Both the position numbers and the translations under genes were made by a program. Positions 8,891-18,138 of a stretch of 64,000 bases of DNA are shown one piece after another. How positions within the stretch are numbered: position 1 is the first letter of the stretch; each line of letters opens with the position of its first letter. The notes under the pieces were generated by a model. It did not search any database. It had not been told where the DNA came from and saw only the letters and a program-made list of their open reading frames with translations. The stretch is from a virus (lineage: Duplodnaviria > Caudoviricetes), in IMG/VR virus record IMGVR_UViG_3300020036_004254; one strand, written 5' to 3'.

Positions 8891-10529
8891 AGATTTTGTT
8901 GAAGAAATTGATTATGAAGACGAAGACAATCAATCGTCCTATCATGGTAACCCCAATCTAAAACAGATTGGGGAAAAACGTGAATTTACACAGGAACAGG
9001 CTGATGAGTTAGCCAAGTGTATGACGGACCCAATCTACTTCATTGAAACCTATTGCAAGATTGTTTCCTTGGACCATGGATTGGTGCCATTTAAACTCTA
9101 TGAATGTCAAAAGAAAAAGGTTAAAACAATCCTTGGAAACCGTAAAGTTATTGTCATGGAACCGCGTCAGAACGGAAAGACGGTGGTTGCCGCTGGTTGC
9201 ATTTTGCACTACACTTTGTTTCAAGAACGTAAGAGTGTGGCGGTTTTGGCGAACAAAAAGGATGGTGCCTACGAAGTCATCGACCGATACAAGATTATGT
9301 ACGAAAATCTTCCTCGGTGGATGCAACACGGTGTCAAAAAATGGAACGAAGGTAGCGTTATTCTTGAGAACGGCAGTAAGGTATTTGCCGCCGCGACCAC
9401 CACGAGTGGTATCCGTGGTAAGTCTATTAACTGGTTGTATATTGACGAAGCGGCCATCATTGCCAACAACTTGGCAGAAAAATTCTTCGCCTCTGCCTTC
9501 CCGACCATTTCTTCTGGTAAAACCACGAAGATTCTCATGACTTCTACCCCACTGGGGTACAATCATTTCTGGAAGTTCTGGAACGAAGCGAAAACGGGGA
9601 AAAACGACTTTGTGCCATTGTTCATCCCGTATTGGGAAATCCCGGGTCGAGACGAGGCTTGGGCCTTGGAACGCAAGCGTGAACTGGGTCCGGTTAAATA
9701 TAATCAAGAGGTTGCCTGTGAGTTCTTGGGGTCATCCAACACCCTTATTAACGCAGAAACATTGGCAACCATGTCATCTGTTGAACCTCTTCGAACCAGT
9801 TTGAATTTGGATGTTTACGAAGAACCCAAAAAGGGACACACCTATGTGTTGATAGCTGATACGGGGCGCGGCGTCGGTGGCAACTTTTCAGCATTCAGTG
9901 TTATCGATGTAACCGAGGTTCCGTACAAGTTTGTCGCCAAATATCGAAGAAATGACATCGCCCCCATGCTGTACCCAACGGCCATTCACAAAACTGCTAA
10001 AGATTACAACGATGCCTATGTTTTGGCAGAAATCAACGATGCGGGTGGACAAATTGTTGATATTTTGTATTACGAGTATGAATATGAAAATATCATTAGC
10101 ACCGTCAATGAAAAGGGTAAAGTCTATGTCAGCCCGGGGTTTTCTAAGCAGACCACCCTTGGGGTACGAACCACTAAGAGTGTGAAGCGTCAGGGGTGTT
10201 TTGCAATCAAGAGCATCCTTGAAGAACACAAAATGGAGCTTTTTGACGCGGAAACCATCAAGGAGTTTTCCACATTTGTTGAGAAAAACGGTGTCTACAT
10301 GGCCGACGAGGGGTATGAAGACGATTTGGCCATGGGATTGGTGTTGTTCGGATGGCTGACTACCAACCAATATTTTACCGAATTGACAGATATCAACATT
10401 CGAAAGAAGCTCTATGCTGAACAAATGAAGCAAATTGAGGAAGAAATGACCCCGTTTGGGCTTATTCAGGACGGTACAGAAGAAGAATATTTTGTAGACG
10501 GAGGGGATGTTTGGCGTAATGTCGAATAA
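8880..10529 (+). CDS. 17: Terminase large subunit gp17
   Basis: YHGNPNLK, Walker A PRQNGKT, Walker B LYIDEAA, STPLG, DDLAM; start may be 8862. Confidence 0.95.
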   Translation: MITEDFVEEIDYEDEDNQSSYHGNPNLKQIGEKREFTQEQADELAKCMTDPIYFIETYCKIVSLDHGLVPFKLYECQKKKVKTILGNRKVIVMEPRQNGKTVVAAGCILHYTLFQERKSVAVLANKKDGAYEVIDRYKIMYENLPRWMQHGVKKWNEGSVILENGSKVFAAATTTSGIRGKSINWLYIDEAAIIANNLAEKFFASAFPTISSGKTTKILMTSTPLGYNHFWKFWNEAKTGKNDFVPLFIPYWEIPGRDEAWALERKRELGPVKYNQEVACEFLGSSNTLINAETLATMSSVEPLRTSLNLDVYEEPKKGHTYVLIADTGRGVGGNFSAFSVIDVTEVPYKFVAKYRRNDIAPMLYPTAIHKTAKDYNDAYVLAEINDAGGQIVDILYYEYEYENIISTVNEKGKVYVSPGFSKQTTLGVRTTKSVKRQGCFAIKSILEEHKMELFDAETIKEFSTFVEKNGVYMADEGYEDDLAMGLVLFGWLTTNQYFTELTDINIRKKLYAEQMKQIEEEMTPFGLIQDGTEEEYFVDGGDVWRNVE

Positions 10530-10537
10530 CCTCAAAG

Positions 10538-10545
10538 TATAAATA
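10538..10545 (+). promoter_or_regulatory. T4-type late promoter TATAAATA
   Basis: Perfect consensus upstream of gp18. Confidence 0.85.
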
Positions 10546-10668
10546 CAGAGTACAACAATTCCTCGCATAAGAGCCGTGTCTTTTCCTCGCTCGTAATGAT
10601 AATGCAAAGTGTGATGAAGGGGAAACGAATTGTAAATACACTCATTATCTCAAATAGGAGCAAATCTA

Positions 10669-12576
10669 ATGGCATTTCAACTTTCTCCCGGCGTTACTGT
10701 CGTAGAAACTGACCTAACTACTACTATCCCTTCGGTTCCTACCTCAATTGGTGGGTTCGTTGGACAGTTTCAGTGGGGACCAGTTCTTGACGTACAGGAT
10801 ATCGCGTCAGAGCTAAACCTTATTCGGTATTTCGGAAAGCCGAACGCCAGCACGTACACCAGTTTCTTTTCCGCCGCAAACTTCCTTGCATACGCCAACA
10901 ATCTGAAGTTGGTTCGTGTTGTTGGGTCTGGTGCGGTAAATGCGGTGGCCGATGGTTCTGCCGTGGCAGTGTTGAACAGCACCTCATGGGAAGATTCATA
11001 TTCCACGGACAATGCTGATGCGTATGGTCCGTTTGCGGCGAAGTACCCGGGTCTATTGGGTAACAGCCTTCGGGTGTCTATCGCTGACAGCGCAACATTC
11101 GAAAAGACCTTGACTGGTTTGATTACTACCACAAACAACAGCGCAACGGTGAGCGGAGCCAGCGGAACATTGTTCCTGACGGAGTTGCACATCGGTGCTA
11201 AGATGTATTCCGGTGGTGTTTTGCTTGGTACGGTATTGTCCATTGCCAGCGACACATCAGCCACCCTTACTGCTGTCTGTACCAACGCGGCAGGTAACGT
11301 CTTTACGTCTGCCGTAGGTAAGGCATACTGGGTATTCCGTGACCTGTTCGACAGCGCACCGGGAACCTCAACCTACGCGGAACAGTTCGGTGGGTCATTG
11401 GACGAAGTTCACATGATTGTTGAAGACCATGACGGATTGTTCACGGGCACCCCGGGAACCATTCTTGAGAAGTTTGTTGGTGCATCAAAGGCCGTTGACG
11501 CGAAGACGTTCGACGGGGCAACTAACTATTACAAGGAACTTCTTGCCACATCAGATTATGTGTGGTGGATGGACGCTCCTACCGCATGGTTGGACACCGA
11601 TAACTGGGGTTCTGCGTCATCAGCAACATTTGAAACATTGAATGGTGCCGTGGTATGCAAGCTTGCTGGTGGTTTGGATGGGTCAACACCGTCTGTTGGA
11701 AACGTTGAAGCGGGTTACGACCTGTTCCTTGACGCAGACCTTGTTGACGTAAACATTTTGTTCACGGGTCATTGGTCAATGGCTGTTGGTAAGTATGTCA
11801 TCGAAAACATCGCTGAAGTCCGAAAGGACTGCGTGGTGACGGTTTCCCCTTCATTGGCCTCTGTGTATAACAACGGCGGAAGTGAGGCAGAAGACATTGT
11901 CACAGAACGAACAGCGGTTGCATTTAACGTAAACAGTTCATATGGATTTATGGACGGTAACTGGAAGTATCAGTACGATAAGTACAATGATGTGTACCGT
12001 TGGATTCCGTTGAATCCTGATGTGGCGGGTTTGATGGCACGTACTGACGACACAAACGACCCATGGTGGAGTCCGGGTGGTTTGACCCGTGGTCAGATTA
12101 AGAACGTGACCAAGTTGGCGTGGAACCCGACGCAGTCGGCCCGTGACACCCTGTACAAGAATGGCATCAACCCAGTCATCACCAAGCGTGGACAGGGAAC
12201 CGTTCTGTGGGGAGACAAGACGCTGTTGTCCAAGCCGTCTGCCTTTGACCGCATCAACGTGCGCCGTCTCTTCATTGTGTTGGAGAAGAGCATTGCGATT
12301 GCTGGCGAGACGCAGTTGTTCGAATTTAACGATGCATTCACCCGCTCGTATTTCCGCAACGTGGTTGAACCATTCCTTCGTGATGTGAAGTCTCGTCGCG
12401 GTGTTACGGATTTCATGGTGGTGTGTAACGAAACAAACAACACCGAAGAAGTAATCAACGGTAACGAGTTTGTGGCTGACATCTATATCAAACCAACGAG
12501 AAGCATCAACTTCATCACTTTGAATTTTGTGGCAACCCGTGAGGGTGTTTCGTTCACAGAAATTCAGGGTGCCTAA
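10669..12576 (+). CDS. 18: Tail sheath protein gp18
   Basis: MAFQLSPGVTVVETDLT, WGDKTLLSKPSAFDRINVRRLF, IYIKPTRSINFITLNFVATR. Confidence 0.96.
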   Translation: MAFQLSPGVTVVETDLTTTIPSVPTSIGGFVGQFQWGPVLDVQDIASELNLIRYFGKPNASTYTSFFSAANFLAYANNLKLVRVVGSGAVNAVADGSAVAVLNSTSWEDSYSTDNADAYGPFAAKYPGLLGNSLRVSIADSATFEKTLTGLITTTNNSATVSGASGTLFLTELHIGAKMYSGGVLLGTVLSIASDTSATLTAVCTNAAGNVFTSAVGKAYWVFRDLFDSAPGTSTYAEQFGGSLDEVHMIVEDHDGLFTGTPGTILEKFVGASKAVDAKTFDGATNYYKELLATSDYVWWMDAPTAWLDTDNWGSASSATFETLNGAVVCKLAGGLDGSTPSVGNVEAGYDLFLDADLVDVNILFTGHWSMAVGKYVIENIAEVRKDCVVTVSPSLASVYNNGGSEAEDIVTERTAVAFNVNSSYGFMDGNWKYQYDKYNDVYRWIPLNPDVAGLMARTDDTNDPWWSPGGLTRGQIKNVTKLAWNPTQSARDTLYKNGINPVITKRGQGTVLWGDKTLLSKPSAFDRINVRRLFIVLEKSIAIAGETQLFEFNDAFTRSYFRNVVEPFLRDVKSRRGVTDFMVVCNETNNTEEVINGNEFVADIYIKPTRSINFITLNFVATREGVSFTEIQGA

Positions 12577-12601
12577 CATATACAGTTTAAGGAGAATATA
12601 G

Positions 12602-13177
12602 ATGGCAGAACTAATGAATATCAACGACTTTAAGACTCGTTTGGGCGCGGGTGGTGCGCGTCCAAACCAGTTTAAGGTATGGTTAAACTTCCCGTCACCA
12701 ATTCCCAGTGCGGATTCTGACAACCTAATGGTGACGGCGGCATCGCTTCCGGCATCAAACGTCAACCCCACGATTGTGCAGTATCGCGGTCGTGAAGTCA
12801 AGCTTGCTGGTGAAAGAACCTATGACCCATGGACCATTACTGTTATCAACGACACGAAAATGTCGTTGCGTAGCAAGTTTGAGCAGTGGTCAAACATGAT
12901 GAACATCCGAGACAACAACGGGGGTGTCACACTTCCTGCGAAGTATATGGTTGATTTTTCGGTTGAGCAACTGGACCGAAACAACGAAATCATCAGAACA
13001 TACGGATTCTATGGGGCATTCCCCATCACGGTATCTGAAGTTGGTCTGTCGTATGGGTCCAACGATGTTATCTCAGAATTCACCGTAACGTTCCAATATC
13101 AGTCTTTTGAGATTCTCAACCCTAGCTTTGCACGAGTGGTTCCAGCAAACGATAACGCCGTTGGCGTCAATCGGTAA
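12602..13177 (+). CDS. 19: Tail tube protein gp19
   Basis: GGARPNQFKV, YRGREVKLAGERTYDPWTITV, EFTVTFQY. Confidence 0.95.
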   Translation: MAELMNINDFKTRLGAGGARPNQFKVWLNFPSPIPSADSDNLMVTAASLPASNVNPTIVQYRGREVKLAGERTYDPWTITVINDTKMSLRSKFEQWSNMMNIRDNNGGVTLPAKYMVDFSVEQLDRNNEIIRTYGFYGAFPITVSEVGLSYGSNDVISEFTVTFQYQSFEILNPSFARVVPANDNAVGVNR

Positions 13178-13202
13178 TAGCACCCTTTAATCGGGACACA
13201 TA

Positions 13203-14849
13203 ATGGCATTTGATATTTTTGGATACACAATTCGTCAGGAGGAGCCACAACAAGCGCAAAAAAGCTTTGTTCCTCCTTCTGACGATGGAGCGTATGATAC
13301 GTTTAGAGCAGGTGGTCACTTTGCGACTTATCTTGACCTTGACGGTGCGGCAAAGACAGAAGGAGAGTTAATCAAGAAATATCGTGACATTTCTATGATG
13401 GCCGATGTGGACATGGCTATTGAAGATATCGTCAACGAATCGATTGCGAACGTGGACAACGATGCGCCAATCAAGATTAACTTGACCAAGGTTAAGTTAT
13501 CAGACAATATCAAAAAAGACGTAGAAAAGGCGTTTCATAAAATTGAACGGTTGATGAAGTTGGATAAACGCGCACAAGATTACTTCCGTCGGTGGTACAT
13601 CGATGGGCGAATCCACTTCCATAAAGTCATCGATGTCACCAAAAAGAAGGAAGGGTTGAAAGACATTCGATACATCGACCCAAGAAAAATCAAGAAGGTT
13701 CGTGAAATCCACAGAGAAAAAGATTTAAAGACTGGTGTGGATTTCATCAAGAAAACTGAAGAATATTTCGTATACAATTCCTCTGGTGTAGCGGCGACCC
13801 GTGGGTCATCTACCCCAATATCAACACAGGGATTGAAGATTACAAAGGATTCTATTGCGTATGCACCGTCTGGTCTAATCGACCAAGATAACAATATGGT
13901 GTTGAGTTATATGCACAAGGCTATTAAACCAGCCAACCAGTTGCGTATGATGGAAAACGCCTTGGTAATTTACCGTTTGGCTCGTGCCCCAGAACGTCGA
14001 ATTTTCTACATCGATGTGGGTAATCTTCCAAAGATTAAGGCCGAGCAATACGTAAAAGACCAGATGAATCGGTACCGCAACAAACTGGTCTACGATTCGA
14101 ACACAGGTGAACTCCGAGACGACAAGAAGTACATGTCGATGCTGGAAGATTTTTGGTTGCCCCGTCGTGAAGGTGGAAAGGGCACCGAAATCGATACACT
14201 CCCGGGTGGTGATAACCTTGGTCAAATCGAAGACGTTATTTACTTCCAGAAGAAACTCTATCAGGCGTTAAACGTTCCGATGTCTCGTTTGGAACAGCAA
14301 GGTGGGTTGAACTTTGGTCGTGCCGCTGAAATCACCAGAGACGAGTTGAAGTTTGTCAAGTTCATTGACAAGTTGCAGAATAAGTTCAGCACGGTTATAC
14401 ACGATTTGGTACAGACCGAGTTGTTGTTGACCAATGTCATGACCAGTCAGGAATGGGAAGACATTCAATATGACATTCGTTACGACTTTGCTCAGGATGC
14501 CTACTATGCCGAGTCCAAGAAGCAAGAGATTCTTCGGTCGCGTTTTGATTTGCTTGGGTTGATTGCTCCGTATCAGGGATTGTTTGTTGATATGAAGTAT
14601 TGCATGAAGGAAGTATTGAACATGACCGATGACGAAATCAAGGATATCAACGAAGGTATCAAGAAAGACCCACCGAACCCCATGGGTATGGGTGGCATGA
14701 TTCCGGGTGGTGGAAATCCGATGTTGGACCCCCAGTCACCCATCTTGAAAGCCTCTGTCGCACCAAAACCCAACACTTCTAAGACTGCACCCAAAAAGCC
14801 AAAGGCCAAGGCTCCTGCGGGTGGGTCATCAGCCGGGAAGCCTAAGTAA
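13203..14849 (+). CDS. 20: Portal vertex protein gp20
   Basis: IYRLARAPERRIFYIDVGNLPK, EDFWLPRREGGKGTEIDTLPGG. Confidence 0.96.
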   Translation: MAFDIFGYTIRQEEPQQAQKSFVPPSDDGAYDTFRAGGHFATYLDLDGAAKTEGELIKKYRDISMMADVDMAIEDIVNESIANVDNDAPIKINLTKVKLSDNIKKDVEKAFHKIERLMKLDKRAQDYFRRWYIDGRIHFHKVIDVTKKKEGLKDIRYIDPRKIKKVREIHREKDLKTGVDFIKKTEEYFVYNSSGVAATRGSSTPISTQGLKITKDSIAYAPSGLIDQDNNMVLSYMHKAIKPANQLRMMENALVIYRLARAPERRIFYIDVGNLPKIKAEQYVKDQMNRYRNKLVYDSNTGELRDDKKYMSMLEDFWLPRREGGKGTEIDTLPGGDNLGQIEDVIYFQKKLYQALNVPMSRLEQQGGLNFGRAAEITRDELKFVKFIDKLQNKFSTVIHDLVQTELLLTNVMTSQEWEDIQYDIRYDFAQDAYYAESKKQEILRSRFDLLGLIAPYQGLFVDMKYCMKEVLNMTDDEIKDINEGIKKDPPNPMGMGGMIPGGGNPMLDPQSPILKASVAPKPNTSKTAPKKPKAKAPAGGSSAGKPK

Positions 14850-16099
14850 TGTCAAAATTGTTGAACGAAAGAAATTCCGAAAACAAATCCAAGAAAAACC
14901 AGTGGTTCAAGGATACCTCGGCACGAACGCAAGAAGGTGATGGGTCCAAGCGTGATGGTCGAGAGATTGCTCAAGGTGGTCGTGGAATGGACCACGTGTT
15001 CAATCGTAATCGCGCCCAAGAGAAGTTTCGTCAGAAATTTGGAAAATATAAGTTTGTCCCACGAAAAATGACTTCAGAGGAAAATGATATGTCAAAAAAA
15101 GATGAAGGGTCAGTTGCAATAAACGAAATGAAGTACGGCGCAACCCATGAGTTCCGTGGAACTACGGAGTTTATGTCAAAGTGTGCAGACAAAGTCCTGA
15201 AGAAGCACGGAATTCAGGTACATAGCATTGAAACATTGCCAGACGAAAAGGAGACTATTTACCACGTGAGTGGTTCTGTCGATGCCATTTCTAAAGCCTC
15301 TTCTGCGTTGTGGGATGAGGTGAGTGGAAGTTCAAAGCCCATTGCATACAAGCCAACAAAGTTTCAAGGTTCACATAAAAAGTATGTTGTAGAAGAAACC
15401 GAACTCAACGAGGAAGAAATGGAAACAGAACAGGATATGACCACAGAAGAAATTCTTGAAGTTGGCCCAGCGGCTATTATGTCGGCTATCTCCACCGATA
15501 GTGAAGATGCAGATGAAATCTTTCAGTCTGTCATGGGAGCCAAGATTGACCACATTCTAGACGGTCTTAAGAATGAGCTTGCCGCTGGAATGTTTGAGAC
15601 ACCAGAGGAAGTGACGACAGAAAATCTTATTGCTGTATTGGGCGACATCGGCGTTGAGTTGACGGAAGAGCAGTTGGAAGAGGCGAAGTTGAGTGGCGAG
15701 GGCCGCAAGATTTCTACCTCGGATGCCAACGCACACAAGGCACAGGAAGCAGAGCATCGCGGTGATTTTGCCGGGGCTAAGGTATTCTGGAAGCGTTCTG
15801 GGTTGAATCGTATTGGCACCAAGAACGGCAGTGCCGCCAACCTCAAGCTTCAGATTCGCGGGAAGAGTGTTCGAAAGGAAGATGTCGCAGACATCCTATC
15901 CAGCTTTGGGGTAAATCTCACGGAAGAACAGCTTGAAATCGCAGAAGCCAGCCTATGGAAGCCACAGGCCGCTGGGTTCACCAAGAAGGGTGTTCCGCCG
16001 AAAAAGGGTATGAAGAAGTCTGGTGAGTATGACAAGGCCGCACACGAAAAGTCATCGTCTGCCAGCATGGTTGACCAGATGACCGCAAAGAATCGCTAA
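14849..16099 (+). CDS. Prohead core/internal head protein with a gp67-like segment
   Basis: Follows gp20; acidic segment AISTDSEDADEIFQSVMGAKIDHILDGLKNELAAGMF; repeated LTEEQLE units. Confidence 0.55.
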   Translation: MSKLLNERNSENKSKKNQWFKDTSARTQEGDGSKRDGREIAQGGRGMDHVFNRNRAQEKFRQKFGKYKFVPRKMTSEENDMSKKDEGSVAINEMKYGATHEFRGTTEFMSKCADKVLKKHGIQVHSIETLPDEKETIYHVSGSVDAISKASSALWDEVSGSSKPIAYKPTKFQGSHKKYVVEETELNEEEMETEQDMTTEEILEVGPAAIMSAISTDSEDADEIFQSVMGAKIDHILDGLKNELAAGMFETPEEVTTENLIAVLGDIGVELTEEQLEEAKLSGEGRKISTSDANAHKAQEAEHRGDFAGAKVFWKRSGLNRIGTKNGSAANLKLQIRGKSVRKEDVADILSSFGVNLTEEQLEIAEASLWKPQAAGFTKKGVPPKKGMKKSGEYDKAAHEKSSSASMVDQMTAKNR

Positions 16100-16100
16100 C

Positions 16101-17036
16101 ATGGAACCTATTTCACATGAGGCTCTACAAGATATCCTCCACGATGTACTCGTGGAGGAAGGTGTAGAGTTGACAGAAGTCGTCAATCGTGTGGCAAAGC
16201 GGTTGGCGACGGGAACCAAACCTCGAAAGCGTTTGACCCCCAGTAAGTATTTGAAGAAATACGGTAACCGTTGGCACAACCTGAAAGAAGATGCGGAAGA
16301 ACTTTCTGAAGAGCTAAATCCCGCCACGCGAGAAGATTCGCCTTCTCTCGCACATAAATATACCAAGAAGAACAAAGAGACGGCAGAAGTACGCCGTGTG
16401 GGTATCGATGGAACCTTGCACGAAGCCAAGGGCATGACGCCAACGAAAGCCAAGAAAGAAGAGCGCATTGCCAAAAACCGCACCTTGAAAAATAAGTTCC
16501 GCGACCTTGATGCCAAGCACGAAATGCGAACGTCATCATCAGGCGTTCCGCATACAGCGTCGGGAAAGCGCATGACGTTTGAAGAAGTCATTCCTGCCAA
16601 AGGAAACAAGAAAGACAAGCGAGCCGATGTGGTTGCCAAGGAACTCCCGACCATGCCAGCCGGAATGAATGCTGGTATGCGTATGATGCCTGAAGAAATT
16701 CTTCACGAAATCTCAAGAGATAAGATTTACGGTGCTTACAAGGAACGCTACACGTTGGCAAAAGCACACACCACGGTTGGTAACAAGGCCGAGGCAGAAA
16801 AGAATGCTCATAAGGCATTGAAACATGCGGAATATCATGCGGGATACAACGATTCGCGTGAAAAGTATGCGAAGATTGCGTCCGCTCGTGCGGAAATCGC
16901 CAAACGTGCGAAAAAGGTGCGGAAAGAAGAACCCGCTTCTAAAAAAAAGCCAGAAGCAACACCCGCACCAGAACCAAAGAAGAAAGGGGCATCGAAAAAG
17001 AGTACCCCCAAGACCCCAACTACGAAAGAGGAATAA
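16101..17036 (+). CDS. Lys-rich putative prohead core/internal protein (gp68 position)
   Basis: Basic segments separated by L-x-E acidic motifs (VELTE, ELSEE, ILHEIS); between gp20 and gp21. Confidence 0.5.
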   Translation: MEPISHEALQDILHDVLVEEGVELTEVVNRVAKRLATGTKPRKRLTPSKYLKKYGNRWHNLKEDAEELSEELNPATREDSPSLAHKYTKKNKETAEVRRVGIDGTLHEAKGMTPTKAKKEERIAKNRTLKNKFRDLDAKHEMRTSSSGVPHTASGKRMTFEEVIPAKGNKKDKRADVVAKELPTMPAGMNAGMRMMPEEILHEISRDKIYGAYKERYTLAKAHTTVGNKAEAEKNAHKALKHAEYHAGYNDSREKYAKIASARAEIAKRAKKVRKEEPASKKKPEATPAPEPKKKGASKKSTPKTPTTKEE

Positions 17037-17039
17037 CCG

Positions 17040-17417
17040 ATGGCTATAACCGTACTGAAGAAAACACCAATTCATTGTGTGGTGAAAGTATCTGGGGCTA
17101 GTACAGAAACTATTACATTAGCTACCACATTACTTTTTGGTCCAAATGAAGTGGCGAATAATCCCCGTGTAGATATTATGGGCCTACATTGGTGCATTCC
17201 GGGTGCAACGGCGGCAACTGTTGTGAGAAATGGTGTAACCGTCTTTTCATTGATTGGGGCGTGGGGTGAACAGTTTAACGGGTTTTCAGACACGCAAGAA
17301 AACGAATCAAACATTTCCGTCACCATTCCTGCGGGTGGTGGACAAGTCATTTTGGAATTGTTAAAGGTGTCTGGATATGGCAACACACAGCACCGCAACT
17401 TCAATCAGGACGGCTAA
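17040..17417 (+). CDS. Hypothetical virion protein
   Basis: GAGG RBS; beta-rich 125 aa immediately before gp21. Confidence 0.65.
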   Translation: MAITVLKKTPIHCVVKVSGASTETITLATTLLFGPNEVANNPRVDIMGLHWCIPGATAATVVRNGVTVFSLIGAWGEQFNGFSDTQENESNISVTIPAGGGQVILELLKVSGYGNTQHRNFNQDG

Positions 17418-17419
17418 TC

Positions 17420-18073
17420 ATGAAGATTATTCAAGAGATTAACGAAGAGGTTCAAGTTCTTACCGAGGGAAAGGGTGAGAGCAAGACGTATTTCATCGAA
17501 GGTGTGTACTTGCAGGGGAACATCGCTAACCGAAACAAGCGGTTGTATCCCATGAACACCCTGAGAGAAAAAGTTGAATCCTACAACAAGAACTACGTAG
17601 AGGCCAAGCGAGCCTTTGGTGAACTGGGACATCCAAACGGACCCACCATCAACATGGACCGCGTGTCTCACATGATTACCTCGTTGAAAGAAGATGGAAA
17701 TAACTTTATTGGTCGTGCCAAAATCATGGACACCCCGATGGGTAAAATTGTCAAAACCTTTATTGATGAGGGAGCAAAGTTCGGTGTTTCGTCACGTGGA
17801 CTTGGCACACTCAAGTTGAATTCTAATGGTATCAACGAGGTGCAAAATGATTTCTATCTTGCAACTGCCGCTGATATCGTGGCTGACCCGTCTGCCCCAG
17901 ACGCCTTTGTGCAGGGCATCATGGAGGGTCGTGAATGGTTCTTCGATAGCAAAAAGGGAGAATGGCATTTTCAGGAGCAGGAAGAGATTAAAGAAATGAT
18001 TACCAAGGCCAAAAAGCATCAGTTGGCTGAAGTGAAAATGTTAGCATTTGAGAGATTTTTGAAGGGGTTTTAA
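17420..18073 (+). CDS. 21: Prohead protease gp21
   Basis: NRNKRLYP, GELGHP, GVSSRGLG, DIVADPSAPDAFV. Confidence 0.96.
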   Translation: MKIIQEINEEVQVLTEGKGESKTYFIEGVYLQGNIANRNKRLYPMNTLREKVESYNKNYVEAKRAFGELGHPNGPTINMDRVSHMITSLKEDGNNFIGRAKIMDTPMGKIVKTFIDEGAKFGVSSRGLGTLKLNSNGINEVQNDFYLATAADIVADPSAPDAFVQGIMEGREWFFDSKKGEWHFQEQEEIKEMITKAKKHQLAEVKMLAFERFLKGF

Positions 18074-18095
18074 GGCAAGTGAAAGAACGTCCGAG

Positions 18096-18103
18096 TATAA
18101 ATA
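18096..18103 (+). promoter_or_regulatory. T4-type late promoter TATAAATA
   Basis: Perfect consensus upstream of gp22. Confidence 0.85.
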
Positions 18104-18138
18104 CAAACATATGTCACACCAATTTTAGGAGAGCATAA

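Noticed and set aside
9009-12801. Antisense ORFs of 200-290 aa opposite gp17 and gp18
   Set aside because: Codon-bias shadows of highly conserved + strand genes
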